A stretch of DNA of 59,960 bases, filler included. It is 5 parts of 5 records of this genome, joined end to end, with 100 filler letters (N's around TTAATTAATTAA, not from the genome) between each part and the next. Parts side by side here need not be neighbours in the genome. Positions count along the whole stretch, not along the records: positions 40,637 to 59,960 come from SRR2962707_2343; 4 more parts are not named here. One strand, 5' to 3'. Of the stretch, positions 48,704 to 58,567 are shown one piece after another. The notes under the pieces are model-generated. The model worked only from the letters and a program-made list of their open reading frames with translations, did not search any database and was not told where the DNA came from. The position numbers and the translations under genes are program-made. Position 1 is the first letter of the stretch. Each line of letters starts with the position of its first letter.

Positions 48704-51016
48704 ATGTGGAGACAACTTAAGTTATACTTTATGAGAACTTTACTCCTTACCTCACTATTATTTGTTTGTACACTTTCTATTGGACAAACAAAACAAATAA
48801 CATCCATTGAAAACCCAATAGATTATGTCAAACCTTTAATGGGAACCGACTCAAATCCGAGTTTGTCTAACGGAAACGTTTATCCAGCAATTGCAATGCC
48901 TTGGGGTATGAATTTCTGGACCCCACAAACAGGTAAAATGGGAAGCGGTTGGGCTTATGAATATGATGCAGATAAGCTTCGAGGGTTTAAACAAACGCAT
49001 CAACCATCTCCTTGGATGAACGATTATGGACAGTTTGCCATTATGCCAATAACTGGAAAATTAGTTTTCAATGAAGATGAACGTGCAAGTTGGTTTTCTC
49101 ATAAATCTGAAATTGTTAAACCGCATTATTATAGTGTTTACCTAGCAGATCATAATGTAACAACAGAAATTACTCCCACAGAAAGAGCTGCGCGTTTTAG
49201 ATTTACTTTCCCCGAAACCGATAGCGCATACGTAGTAATAGATGCACTAGATAAAGGTTCTTATATAAAACTACTCCCAGAAGAAAATAAGCTTATTGGG
49301 TATACTACAAAAAATAGTGGTGGAGTTCCAGAAAATTTTAAAAACTACTTTGTAATTGAATTTGATACACCATTTACTAGTACAAATACTTTCAGTAACA
49401 ATAAATTACAAGATGCCTTAGAGAATAAAGCAGACCACGTAGGTGCTGTAATCGGATTCAAAACTAAAAAAGGACAGCAAGTAAATGCTAAAATAGCTTC
49501 TTCTTTTATCAGTTTTGAACAAGCTGAAATTAACTTGAAAGAAATAAAAGAGAAAGATTTTGATGCGTTAAAAGAAGCTGGAAAACAAACTTGGAATAAA
49601 GAGTTAAGCAGACTTAAAGTTGAAGGGGGAACCATAGATCAATTTGAAACATTTTACTCTTGCTTATACCGTTCATTACTATTCCCTAGAAAGTTTTTTG
49701 AATACGATAAAGATGGAAATGTTGTACATTATAGCCCATACAACGGAAAAGTACTTCCTGGGTATATGTTTACAGACACAGGATTTTGGGATACGTTCCG
49801 TTCTTTATTTCCTTTATTAAATTTAATGTATCCTGAATTAAGTGTTCAAATGCAAGAAGGTTTAGCAAATGCATATAAAGAAAGCGGATGGTTACCAGAA
49901 TGGGCAAGCCCAGGACTTAGAAATGTTATGGTTGGTAATAATTCAGCATCGGTAGTTGCAGACGCTTATCTCAAAAATAAAAATGCTAAATATGATATAG
50001 AAACGCTTTACGAAGCTGTTATTCATGGAGCAAATAATGCGGGTCCACTTACCGCTGTTGGTCGTGCTGGTGCAGCGTATTATAAAGATTTAGGGTATGT
50101 GCCTTATGATGTTGATATTAATGAAAATGCAGCGCGTACCTTAGAATATGCCTATGATGATTTTGCAATTTATCAACTAGCAAAAGCATTAGACAGACCA
50201 AAAAAAGAGATTAATTTATACAAAAAAAGAAGCTTAAATTATAAAAATTTATTTGATAAGGAAACCAATTTAATGCGGGGTAAAAATAAAGATGGTAAAT
50301 TTATGAAACCATTTAACCCTTTTAAATGGGGTGATGCTTTTACAGAAGGTAATAGCTGGCATTATACATGGTCTGTTTTTCATGATGTACAAGGACTTAT
50401 AGATTTAATGGGTGGAAAAGATAACTTTACTGCCAAATTAGACGAAGTATTTTCTTTACCTCCAGTTTTTGATGAAAGCTATTATGGAGGTGTTATTCAT
50501 GAAATTCGAGAAATGCAAATTGCAAATATGGGACAGTATGCACATGGAAATCAACCTATTCAGCACATGATTTATTTGTATAATTATGCATCACAACCAT
50601 GGAAAGCTCAATATTGGGTTAGAGAAACAATGGATAGAATGTATATGCCTACTCCAGATGGTTATTGCGGAGATGAAGATAACGGACAAACATCTGCTTG
50701 GTATGTATTTTCTGCTATGGGATTCTATCCTGTGTGTCCAGCAACCGACGAATATGTTATAGGGACACCATTATTTAAAAAGCTTACCTTAGAATTGCAA
50801 AACGGTAATGAGGTAATTATCAATGCTCCAAACAATGACCATAACAACAAATATGTACAACAAATGAGTTTTAATGGTCAGAATTATAGCAAAAATTATA
50901 TCAGTCATGAAGCGCTATTAGAAGGTGCTAAAATTGATTTTGAAATGAGCAATACTCCTAATAAAAATAGAGGAACAGCAAAAGACGATGCTCCTTATTC
51001 TTTATCCAACGAATAA
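48704..51016 (+). CDS. GH92 alpha-mannosidase, likely alpha-1,2-specific (Bt3990-like)
   Basis: PWGMNFWTPQT, THQPSPWMNDYG, GFWDTFR, RTLEYAYDD, EGNSWHY, IHEIREM, HGNQP and GDEDNGQTSAW. The start may be the ATG at 48731. Confidence 0.93.
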   Translation: MWRQLKLYFMRTLLLTSLLFVCTLSIGQTKQITSIENPIDYVKPLMGTDSNPSLSNGNVYPAIAMPWGMNFWTPQTGKMGSGWAYEYDADKLRGFKQTHQPSPWMNDYGQFAIMPITGKLVFNEDERASWFSHKSEIVKPHYYSVYLADHNVTTEITPTERAARFRFTFPETDSAYVVIDALDKGSYIKLLPEENKLIGYTTKNSGGVPENFKNYFVIEFDTPFTSTNTFSNNKLQDALENKADHVGAVIGFKTKKGQQVNAKIASSFISFEQAEINLKEIKEKDFDALKEAGKQTWNKELSRLKVEGGTIDQFETFYSCLYRSLLFPRKFFEYDKDGNVVHYSPYNGKVLPGYMFTDTGFWDTFRSLFPLLNLMYPELSVQMQEGLANAYKESGWLPEWASPGLRNVMVGNNSASVVADAYLKNKNAKYDIETLYEAVIHGANNAGPLTAVGRAGAAYYKDLGYVPYDVDINENAARTLEYAYDDFAIYQLAKALDRPKKEINLYKKRSLNYKNLFDKETNLMRGKNKDGKFMKPFNPFKWGDAFTEGNSWHYTWSVFHDVQGLIDLMGGKDNFTAKLDEVFSLPPVFDESYYGGVIHEIREMQIANMGQYAHGNQPIQHMIYLYNYASQPWKAQYWVRETMDRMYMPTPDGYCGDEDNGQTSAWYVFSAMGFYPVCPATDEYVIGTPLFKKLTLELQNGNEVIINAPNNDHNNKYVQQMSFNGQNYSKNYISHEALLEGAKIDFEMSNTPNKNRGTAKDDAPYSLSNE

Positions 51017-51024
51017 AATAGAAA

Positions 51025-53421
51025 TTGAAAACAAGAGCAATGATGATTAAATCCCCTAGATTTATAAACAGGAATATTTTAAGAGGAACGATATATGTAT
51101 CGGTAGCAGTATTTGCAACAGCATGTAGTCAAAAAAAGGAAAACTCTCAGGAGGTAACTTCTAAAGCTACTGATGAACTCCAAAATTTGGTTCAATATGT
51201 AGATCCTATGATTGGTACTGCCAAAATGGGACATACATATCCTGGAGCAACGGCTCCTTTTGGAAGCGTACAATTGAGTCCAGATACAGACACCATTCCC
51301 TATGAAATAGATGGGCATTACAACCCAGATGTTTATAAATATTGTGCAGGATATCAATATGATGATGCTACTATTGTAGGTTTTAGTCATACCCATTTCA
51401 GCGGGACAGGGCATTCAGATTTAGGAGATTTTTTAATTATGCCTACTACTGGAAACCTTCAATTAAATCCGGGAACAGAAACTAATCCTGATAGTGGATA
51501 TCGCTCTCGTTTTTCACATAAAAATGAACATGCAGAAGCTGGTTATTATAGTGTTCAGCTAGAAGATTATAATATTAAAGCAGAGTTAACTGCTACTACG
51601 CGCGTGGGAATGCATCAATATACATTTCCAAAATCGGAAGCGTCTCATATTATTTTAGATCTAACATCTGGAATCTATAATTACAAAGAAAAAAACGTTT
51701 GGACTTTTGTTAGGGTTGAAAACGATACGCTAGTTACTGGTTACAGACAAACAAATGGTTGGGCTAGAACTCGTAAAGTATACTTTGCTATGGCTTTTAG
51801 TAAACCAATTGCAAAATATGGACAGGAAAACCATAATGATAATGTTTATAAAGGTTTTTGGAGAAAGTTTGATCAAAGTACTAACTTTCCTGAAATGGCT
51901 GGAGAAAATATCAAAACTTATTTCGATTTTAATACTTCCGAAGGAGAAAAAGTTAAGATTAAATTTGCCATTTCTCCTGTAAGTACAGAAGGTGCTATTC
52001 ATAATATGAAAGTAGAAATTCCTCATTGGGATTTTGAAAAGGTAAAACAAGAAACTCAGAATAATTGGAATGCAGAGCTTAATAAAGTACAACTAGATCC
52101 AATCAATCATGATGAAATGATAAATTTCTACACAGCCATGTATCATGCTTTTCTTGGGCCTACAATATATATGGATGTTGATGGAAAATACCGTGGTTTG
52201 GATATGAATATCCACCAAGCAGAAAACTTTACAAACTACACTAGTTTTTCATTGTGGGATACTTACAGAGCTTTACACCCATTATTTAATGTGTTACAGC
52301 CAAAGAGAAATTCGGATATGATTAATTCTATGGTAGCGCATTACAATCAAAGTGTACATGGTATGCTACCTGTTTGGTCTCATTATGCTAACGAGAATTG
52401 GTGTATGATTGGGTACCATAGTGTTTCTGTAATTGCCGATGCTATTGTAAAAGGAAATACAGGTTTTGATGCGGAGGCTGCGCTTATGGCAAGCGTTCAT
52501 ACTGCAAAAGTTCCATATTATGATGGATTAAAATATTACATGGAAAAAGGATATGTTCCAGAAGATAAAAATGGTTCTTCTGTTTCTAAAACCTTAGAAT
52601 ACGCTTATGACGATTGGGCAATTGCTCAAGCAGCAAAGAAACTTGGAAAGGACGCTATTTATAATGAATTTAGTAAACGTGCCGAAAATTATAAAAATGT
52701 TTATGATGCCAAAAGTGGTTTCATGCGTCCAAAATTAAACGATGGTACCTTTAAAGAAGATTTTGATCCTTTAAATACACACGGACAAGGTTTTATAGAA
52801 GGGAATTCTTGGAATTATAGTTTGTATGTGCCTCATGCACCTAAAATTATGATTGAAATGATGGGTGGAAAAGAGACCTTCTCCCAACATTTAGATTCGC
52901 TATTTTCTATGGATTTACCAGATAAATATTTTGAGAATACCGAAGATATTTCTCGTGAAGGAATAATTGGAAATTATGTGCATGGAAACGAACCTTCTCA
53001 TCATGTAGTGTATCTATATAATTGGACAGATACTCCATGGAAATCTCAAGATAAAATTAGAATGATTTTAAAAGCAATGTACCAGCCAAAAGCAGATGGT
53101 TTAGGTGGGAATGACGACTTCGGACAAATGAGTGCTTGGTATATTTTTAGTACTTTAGGGTTTTACCCTGTTGCTCCAGGCTCAGATGTATATGCATTAG
53201 GAAGTCCTGCAATGAAAAGTGCTACCTTAAATCTTGAGAACGGAAATAAATTTAAAGTGATTGTTGAAAATCAATCCGAAGAAAATGTCTTTGTAGACAA
53301 AGTGTTATTAAATGGAAAAGAGTTAAAACAACCATTTATAAAACATAGTGATATTGAAAAAGGGGGAGAGCTAAACTTTCACATGAGTAATAGCCCCCCC
53401 AACAAAACTCTTTATAAATAA
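51025..53421 (+). CDS. GH92 alpha-mannosidase, lipoprotein
   Basis: Lipobox FATAC; GHTYPGATAPFG, FSHTHFSGTG, SLWDTYR, KTLEYAYDD, EGNSWNY, HGNEP and GNDDFGQMSAW. The start may be the ATG at 51040. Confidence 0.93.
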   Translation: MKTRAMMIKSPRFINRNILRGTIYVSVAVFATACSQKKENSQEVTSKATDELQNLVQYVDPMIGTAKMGHTYPGATAPFGSVQLSPDTDTIPYEIDGHYNPDVYKYCAGYQYDDATIVGFSHTHFSGTGHSDLGDFLIMPTTGNLQLNPGTETNPDSGYRSRFSHKNEHAEAGYYSVQLEDYNIKAELTATTRVGMHQYTFPKSEASHIILDLTSGIYNYKEKNVWTFVRVENDTLVTGYRQTNGWARTRKVYFAMAFSKPIAKYGQENHNDNVYKGFWRKFDQSTNFPEMAGENIKTYFDFNTSEGEKVKIKFAISPVSTEGAIHNMKVEIPHWDFEKVKQETQNNWNAELNKVQLDPINHDEMINFYTAMYHAFLGPTIYMDVDGKYRGLDMNIHQAENFTNYTSFSLWDTYRALHPLFNVLQPKRNSDMINSMVAHYNQSVHGMLPVWSHYANENWCMIGYHSVSVIADAIVKGNTGFDAEAALMASVHTAKVPYYDGLKYYMEKGYVPEDKNGSSVSKTLEYAYDDWAIAQAAKKLGKDAIYNEFSKRAENYKNVYDAKSGFMRPKLNDGTFKEDFDPLNTHGQGFIEGNSWNYSLYVPHAPKIMIEMMGGKETFSQHLDSLFSMDLPDKYFENTEDISREGIIGNYVHGNEPSHHVVYLYNWTDTPWKSQDKIRMILKAMYQPKADGLGGNDDFGQMSAWYIFSTLGFYPVAPGSDVYALGSPAMKSATLNLENGNKFKVIVENQSEENVFVDKVLLNGKELKQPFIKHSDIEKGGELNFHMSNSPPNKTLYK

Positions 53422-53500
53422 CTAAAATAAACTACCTTGTAGTTTGCCTACGAGATTTTCAAAAGAAACGTAATTAATATTAACTAAACACAAACTCAAA

Positions 53501-55231
53501 ATGTCTTTTCAAATTAAAGAAGCTTCTAAAGTATACGACATATTAGTTGTAGGCTCTGGAGCCGGAGGAGGAATGGCTACCAAAATTCTATCTGAGGCTG
53601 GCTTTAAAATAGCATTGCTAGAAGCGGGTCCAAATTTTGATCCTGCAAACCCCGAGCAACAAACACAATTTAAATGGCCTTATGAATCCCCGCGTCGTGG
53701 TGCTGGTACAAAACGTCCTTTTGGAGATTTTGATATGGCCTATGGAGGATGGGAACTAGATGGGGAACCTTACACACATAAAAACGGAACTAAATTTGAT
53801 TGGTTTCGTTCAAGAATGGTTGGCGGTAGAACAAATCACTGGGGACGTATTTCCCTTCGTTTTGGTCCTTTAGATTTTAAAAGAAAAGACTTTGATGGTA
53901 AAGGAGATAATTGGCCTATTGGTTATGATGATGTAAAACCTTATTATGACAAAGTTGATAAGTTAATTGGAGTGTTTGGAAGTAAAGAGAATATCCATAA
54001 TGAGCCAGATGGCTTCTTCTTACCACCTCCAAAACCTCGTTTGCATGAACTATATTTGAAAAAAGCAGGAGCAAAATCTAATATTCCTGTAATTCCTTCA
54101 AGGTTATCAATCCTTACTAAAAGAGTTGATGATCGCCGTGGGGCTTGTTTTTATTGTAGTCAGTGTTCTCGTTCTTGTAGTATTTATGGAGATTTTTCTT
54201 CTTCTTCTGTATTAGTAAAACCTGCATTAGAATATGATAACGTAGACTTGTATGTAAATGCAATGGTTAGAGAAGTTTTAACAGACGAAAGCGGAAAAGC
54301 AACAGGAGTATCCTACGTAAATAAATATGATAATCAAGAATATACCGTAAAAGCAAAAGTTGTAATATTGGCGGCTAGTGCTTGTGGTTCTGCAAGAATT
54401 CTATTAAATTCAAAATCGGAAAGATTCCCTAACGGATTGGCAAATTCTAGTGGCGTAGTTGGAAAATACTTACACGATTCTACTGGTGCTGGTCGTTCGG
54501 CTATCATACCAGAATTAATGGAGCGTAAACGTTATAACGAAGATGGTGTTGGTGGAATGCATTTATATGTACCATGGTGGTTAAACGATAAAAAAGATCT
54601 TGGATTTTCTAGAGGATACCATATAGAATATTGGGGTGGAATGGGAATGCCATCCTATGGAGCTGGAATGGGAATGGAAAATCTTAATGGAAGATTTGGA
54701 GAGAAGAAAAAAGCTGGAGGTTATGGTGTAGGTCTAAAAGAAGATGTTCATAAATTTTATGGTGCAACTGTTGGAATGGCAGGAAGAGGAGAAAGTATTC
54801 CACAAAAAGATAATTATTGTGAAATCGATCCGAATGTAGTTGATAAATTTGGAATCCCTGTATTGCGTTTTAACTATAATTGGACAGACGATGAGGTTAA
54901 ACAGGCAAAACATATGCAAGATACTTTTGAAGAATTGTATCATAATATGGGAGCTATTCCTTTAGGCGATAAACCAGGGAAAGAAGATAATTACGGCTTG
55001 GAAGCACCTGGTAGAATAATTCATGAGGTGGGAACAACTCGTATGGGGAACGATCCTAAAACTTCTGTTTTGAACAAGTATAGTCAGTCGCACGATGTGC
55101 CAAACTTATTTGTAGTAGATGGAGGAGCTTTTGTATCTCAAGCCGATAAAAACCCAACATGGACAATTCTTGCCCTTGCTTGGAGAGCATCGGATTATCT
55201 GACTCAGGAAATGAAAAAAATGAATATTTAA
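53501..55231 (+). CDS. GMC-family FAD oxidoreductase (glucoside 3-dehydrogenase / gluconate dehydrogenase large-subunit-like)
   Basis: VVGSGAGGG, GGRTNHWG, Cys cluster CFYCSQCSRSC, IHEVGTTRMG and NPTWTILALAWR; no signal peptide. Confidence 0.92.
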   Translation: MSFQIKEASKVYDILVVGSGAGGGMATKILSEAGFKIALLEAGPNFDPANPEQQTQFKWPYESPRRGAGTKRPFGDFDMAYGGWELDGEPYTHKNGTKFDWFRSRMVGGRTNHWGRISLRFGPLDFKRKDFDGKGDNWPIGYDDVKPYYDKVDKLIGVFGSKENIHNEPDGFFLPPPKPRLHELYLKKAGAKSNIPVIPSRLSILTKRVDDRRGACFYCSQCSRSCSIYGDFSSSSVLVKPALEYDNVDLYVNAMVREVLTDESGKATGVSYVNKYDNQEYTVKAKVVILAASACGSARILLNSKSERFPNGLANSSGVVGKYLHDSTGAGRSAIIPELMERKRYNEDGVGGMHLYVPWWLNDKKDLGFSRGYHIEYWGGMGMPSYGAGMGMENLNGRFGEKKKAGGYGVGLKEDVHKFYGATVGMAGRGESIPQKDNYCEIDPNVVDKFGIPVLRFNYNWTDDEVKQAKHMQDTFEELYHNMGAIPLGDKPGKEDNYGLEAPGRIIHEVGTTRMGNDPKTSVLNKYSQSHDVPNLFVVDGGAFVSQADKNPTWTILALAWRASDYLTQEMKKMNI

Positions 55232-55243
55232 AACATAAAAATC

Positions 55244-55960
55244 ATGGATAGAAGAAAAAGTTTAAAAGCCATGGTGGCTGGTACGGTAACTTCCGGATTT
55301 ATGTTTTCGTCGTGTTTAACAGACACCGAAGAACCAACGATAGCAAAAACCGACGCACCAAGCGATAGCGATAATAATTACGATACTACTCGTACAAAAG
55401 AAGAACTTGCTTACGAAGAAGAATTACGTGCAAAAGGAGTTTATTTTAATGACCATGAATTGGCTACCCTTACTGTTTTAGCAGATATTATTATTCCTGC
55501 TGAAGGAGAATATAGTGCCGCTAGTGAAGTTGGGGTTGTAGATTTTATTGCATATATAGTTTTTGATATGCCGCACCACCAATTGCCATTGCGCGGTGGA
55601 TTAATGTGGATAGACCACGAAAGTAATAAGCGCTTTAATAAAGTCTTTAAAGATGCTTCTAAGGAGCAGCAAATAGAAATTATTGAAGATATTGCATATC
55701 CAGATGATGTAAAACCACAATTTATTCAAGGAGAACGCTTTTTCTCTCGTTTAAGAGACTTAGTTTCTACTGGGTATTTTACAAGTGAAGAAGGAATAAA
55801 ATATCTTGGATACGTAGGAAATACACCAAATGTTTGGGATGGTGTTCCAGATGATGTGTTGGCGCAATACAATTTAAAATACGACCAGCGTACTTTAGAT
55901 ATTTGTATTAAACCTGAAGAAAGAAACGAAATTGCTACTTGGGATAATTACGAAGTATAA
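55244..55960 (+). CDS. Gluconate 2-dehydrogenase subunit 3 family protein with twin-arginine signal
   Basis: MDRRKSLK..., LADIIIP, ASEVGVVDFI and GYFTSEEG..YLGYVGN. Confidence 0.88.
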   Translation: MDRRKSLKAMVAGTVTSGFMFSSCLTDTEEPTIAKTDAPSDSDNNYDTTRTKEELAYEEELRAKGVYFNDHELATLTVLADIIIPAEGEYSAASEVGVVDFIAYIVFDMPHHQLPLRGGLMWIDHESNKRFNKVFKDASKEQQIEIIEDIAYPDDVKPQFIQGERFFSRLRDLVSTGYFTSEEGIKYLGYVGNTPNVWDGVPDDVLAQYNLKYDQRTLDICIKPEERNEIATWDNYEV

Positions 55961-55988
55961 CACCTAGTAAATTAGTTTTAAAATAATG

Positions 55989-56024
55989 AAGAGAGCATTT
56001 AATTAATTTTAGATGCTCTTTTTT
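55989..56024 (+). terminator. Intrinsic terminator closing the PUL
   Basis: aagagagcatttaa ... ttagatgctctttttt. Confidence 0.75.
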
Positions 56025-56067
56025 AGTATGTAAACTTTATATAAAGTTTTAAATGTAACTTTTAGTC

Positions 56068-56099
56068 TTTGCTATGTTATATTTCTTTGGTTATATTTG
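56068..56099 (+). promoter_or_regulatory. Bacteroidota promoter for the acyl-CoA dehydrogenase
   Basis: TTTG-N20-TATATTTG. Confidence 0.7.
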
Positions 56100-56126
56100 A
56101 GAGAAACAATTCTTATAAAATAAACC

Positions 56127-57305
56127 ATGAAACCAGACCTTTTTGAAGCTCCCGATTATTATAATCTAGACGATTTACTTTCTGAAGAACATAAATTAGT
56201 TAGAGATGCTGCCCGAAGTTGGGTTAAAAAGGAAGTTTCTCCTATTATTGAAGACTTTGCACAAAAAGCTGAGTTTCCAAAACAAATTATTAATGGTTTG
56301 GCAGAAATAGGGGCTTTTGGTCCTTATATTCCAGAAGAATATGGAGGCGCTGGTCTCGACCAAATTAGCTACGGTTTAATTATGCAAGAAATTGAAAGAG
56401 GAGATAGTGGTGTACGCTCCACAGCCTCTGTACAATCGTCTTTAGTAATGTATCCTATTTGGAAGTATGGAACAGAAGCTCAACGGAAAAAATACCTCCC
56501 TAAATTAGCTTCAGGAGAGTTTATAGGATGCTTTGGACTTACAGAGCCTAACCATGGGTCTAATCCGGGAGGAATGGAAACCAAATTTAAAGATGCAGGA
56601 GATTATTATCTTTTAAATGGTGCCAAACTCTGGATTTCTAATGCTCCATTTGCAGATCTTGCTGTGGTATGGGCAAAGAACGAAGAAGGGAGAATCCACG
56701 GTCTCATTGTAGAACGAGGTATGGAGGGGTTTTCTACGCCAGAAACCCATAATAAATGGTCTTTAAGGGCATCGGCTACTGGGGAATTAATTTTTGATAA
56801 TGTAAAAGTTCCCAAAGAAAATCTTCTGCCAGAAAAAAGCGGACTCGGCGCTCCTCTAGGGTGTTTAGATTCTGCTCGCTACGGAATTGCATGGGGTGCA
56901 ATTGGAGCAGCAATGGATTGTTATGACACCGCATTGCGTTATGCAAAAGAGCGTATTCAATTTGGAAAACCTATTGCTGCAACTCAACTTCAGCAAAAAA
57001 AATTAGCAGAAATGGTTACCGAAATTACCAAAGCTCAGTTGTTAGCGCTCCGTTTAGGACAGCTAAAAAATGAAGGAAAAGCAAGTACTGCACAAATTTC
57101 TATGGCAAAACGTAATAATGTAGCCATGGCACTAAATATAGCTAGAGAAGCTCGACAAGTATTAGGAGCTATGGGGATTACAGGTGAGTATAGCATTATG
57201 CGCCATATGATGAACTTAGAGAGCGTTATTACCTATGAGGGAACCCATGATATTCACCTTCTCATTACAGGGGCGGATATCACAGGAGAACAAGCCTTTA
57301 AATAG
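56127..57305 (+). CDS. Acyl-CoA dehydrogenase, glutaryl-CoA dehydrogenase-like
   Basis: GCFGLTEPNHGSNPGGM, LNGAKLWISN, ARYGIAWG and TYEGTHDIH. Confidence 0.92.
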   Translation: MKPDLFEAPDYYNLDDLLSEEHKLVRDAARSWVKKEVSPIIEDFAQKAEFPKQIINGLAEIGAFGPYIPEEYGGAGLDQISYGLIMQEIERGDSGVRSTASVQSSLVMYPIWKYGTEAQRKKYLPKLASGEFIGCFGLTEPNHGSNPGGMETKFKDAGDYYLLNGAKLWISNAPFADLAVVWAKNEEGRIHGLIVERGMEGFSTPETHNKWSLRASATGELIFDNVKVPKENLLPEKSGLGAPLGCLDSARYGIAWGAIGAAMDCYDTALRYAKERIQFGKPIAATQLQQKKLAEMVTEITKAQLLALRLGQLKNEGKASTAQISMAKRNNVAMALNIAREARQVLGAMGITGEYSIMRHMMNLESVITYEGTHDIHLLITGADITGEQAFK

Positions 57306-57423
57306 GGTTGAATAATACCCAATATTTAGTAAATATTTAAGAATTTCCGAATTAAAAATAATGGTCATATTTTGTATATTTGTTAATATAACGAGTATAT
57401 ATTAACAATTGAATTGTTTGACT

Positions 57424-57771
57424 ATGAAAAAAAGGCTATTTATTGCAGTATTCTCATTTTTTGCTTTTGTGTCACAAGCGCAAGATAAAGAGGTTAAAGT
57501 TGGAGATGTTTTAACAATTAACAGTACTTCTGAAAGTACCTATCAGCATATTGATCTTCCTAGAAAAAATATCATTATAAAAAGAGGTGGTGTACCAAAT
57601 TATAAATCTGTTTTTAACAATGAAGTTATTGTTAAAAAAGTAGAGGCTAATGAAAGTGGTGAGCAAATAGCTGTGCTACAAAGAAAAGATGGACGTAAGT
57701 TTTTTAGTAGCTTTCCAACAATAGAAGCTAATGTAACTAGAGCATTATCTAGTAATGAAATTACTTTTTAA
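57424..57771 (+). CDS. Small secreted hypothetical protein
   Basis: Signal peptide MKKRLFIAVFSFFAFVSQAQ; upstream TATATTTG promoter motif at 57375-57382; the 3' end overlaps the convergent gene by 11 nt. Confidence 0.7.
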   Translation: MKKRLFIAVFSFFAFVSQAQDKEVKVGDVLTINSTSESTYQHIDLPRKNIIIKRGGVPNYKSVFNNEVIVKKVEANESGEQIAVLQRKDGRKFFSSFPTIEANVTRALSSNEITF

Positions 57772-58528
57772 ACTTTTCTAAAGCTTTTTTAGTAAAATCG
57801 GAAAGCACCAATTTACCAGATGTTTTTGCTCTATCTATAAGTAGCAAATCCCAGTGATTGGTGTTTTCCCATAAAGCTTTTTTCAAAGTACTTAAAGCTT
57901 CAGGGTTATATGCTGCTAATTTGTTCGTTAGGGTCTCGATTTCATTATCCACTTCGGTAATAGTTTCAAAAACTTTGGCATATAACCCTTTTTCTTTTGC
58001 CCAATACGCATTTTTCCATTCGGTGGCAGCAAGTGTAAGTTCTGCTAAGGCAGCTACACCCATTTTACGCTCTACAGCTGGGGCAATTACAAAAGGACCA
58101 ATCCCAATTGTTAACTCAGATAATTTAATAGCTGCTGCTTCTGTTGCAATAGCATAATCGCAGGCTGCAATAAGTCCTACTCCACCTCCTACAGTTTTTC
58201 CTTGTACACGACCAATAATAAGTTTATTACATTTCCGCATCGCATTTATTACATTTCCAAAGCCACTAAAAAAAGCTTCTCCTTCTTCTTGATTTGTAAT
58301 TGCTACGAGCTCATCAAAAGAAGCCCCAGCACAAAACGCTTTTTCACCTTCACTTTTCAATATAATAAGCTGAACTTCTTTATTAATCGAAAGTGCATTT
58401 ATTTCAGAAGAAAGTCGTTTTAACAATATAGAGGGAAATGAATTACTAGCTGGATGGCCAAACTCTACAGTTGCTATTTTATTTTCAATATTGGTAAATA
58501 AACTCCCGTTGATTCTATCTGTGCCCAT
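57761..58528 (-). CDS. Enoyl-CoA hydratase/isomerase family protein (methylglutaconyl-CoA hydratase-like)
   Basis: AFCAGASF, VQGKTVGGGVGLIAACD and LSELTIGIGP crotonase motifs. Confidence 0.9.
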   Translation of the reverse strand: MGTDRINGSLFTNIENKIATVEFGHPASNSFPSILLKRLSSEINALSINKEVQLIILKSEGEKAFCAGASFDELVAITNQEEGEAFFSGFGNVINAMRKCNKLIIGRVQGKTVGGGVGLIAACDYAIATEAAAIKLSELTIGIGPFVIAPAVERKMGVAALAELTLAATEWKNAYWAKEKGLYAKVFETITEVDNEIETLTNKLAAYNPEALSTLKKALWENTNHWDLLLIDRAKTSGKLVLSDFTKKALEKFKK

Positions 58529-58567
58529 GTGAATATCTTAAAATGTTGTTCTTCAAAATTAAGGAAA

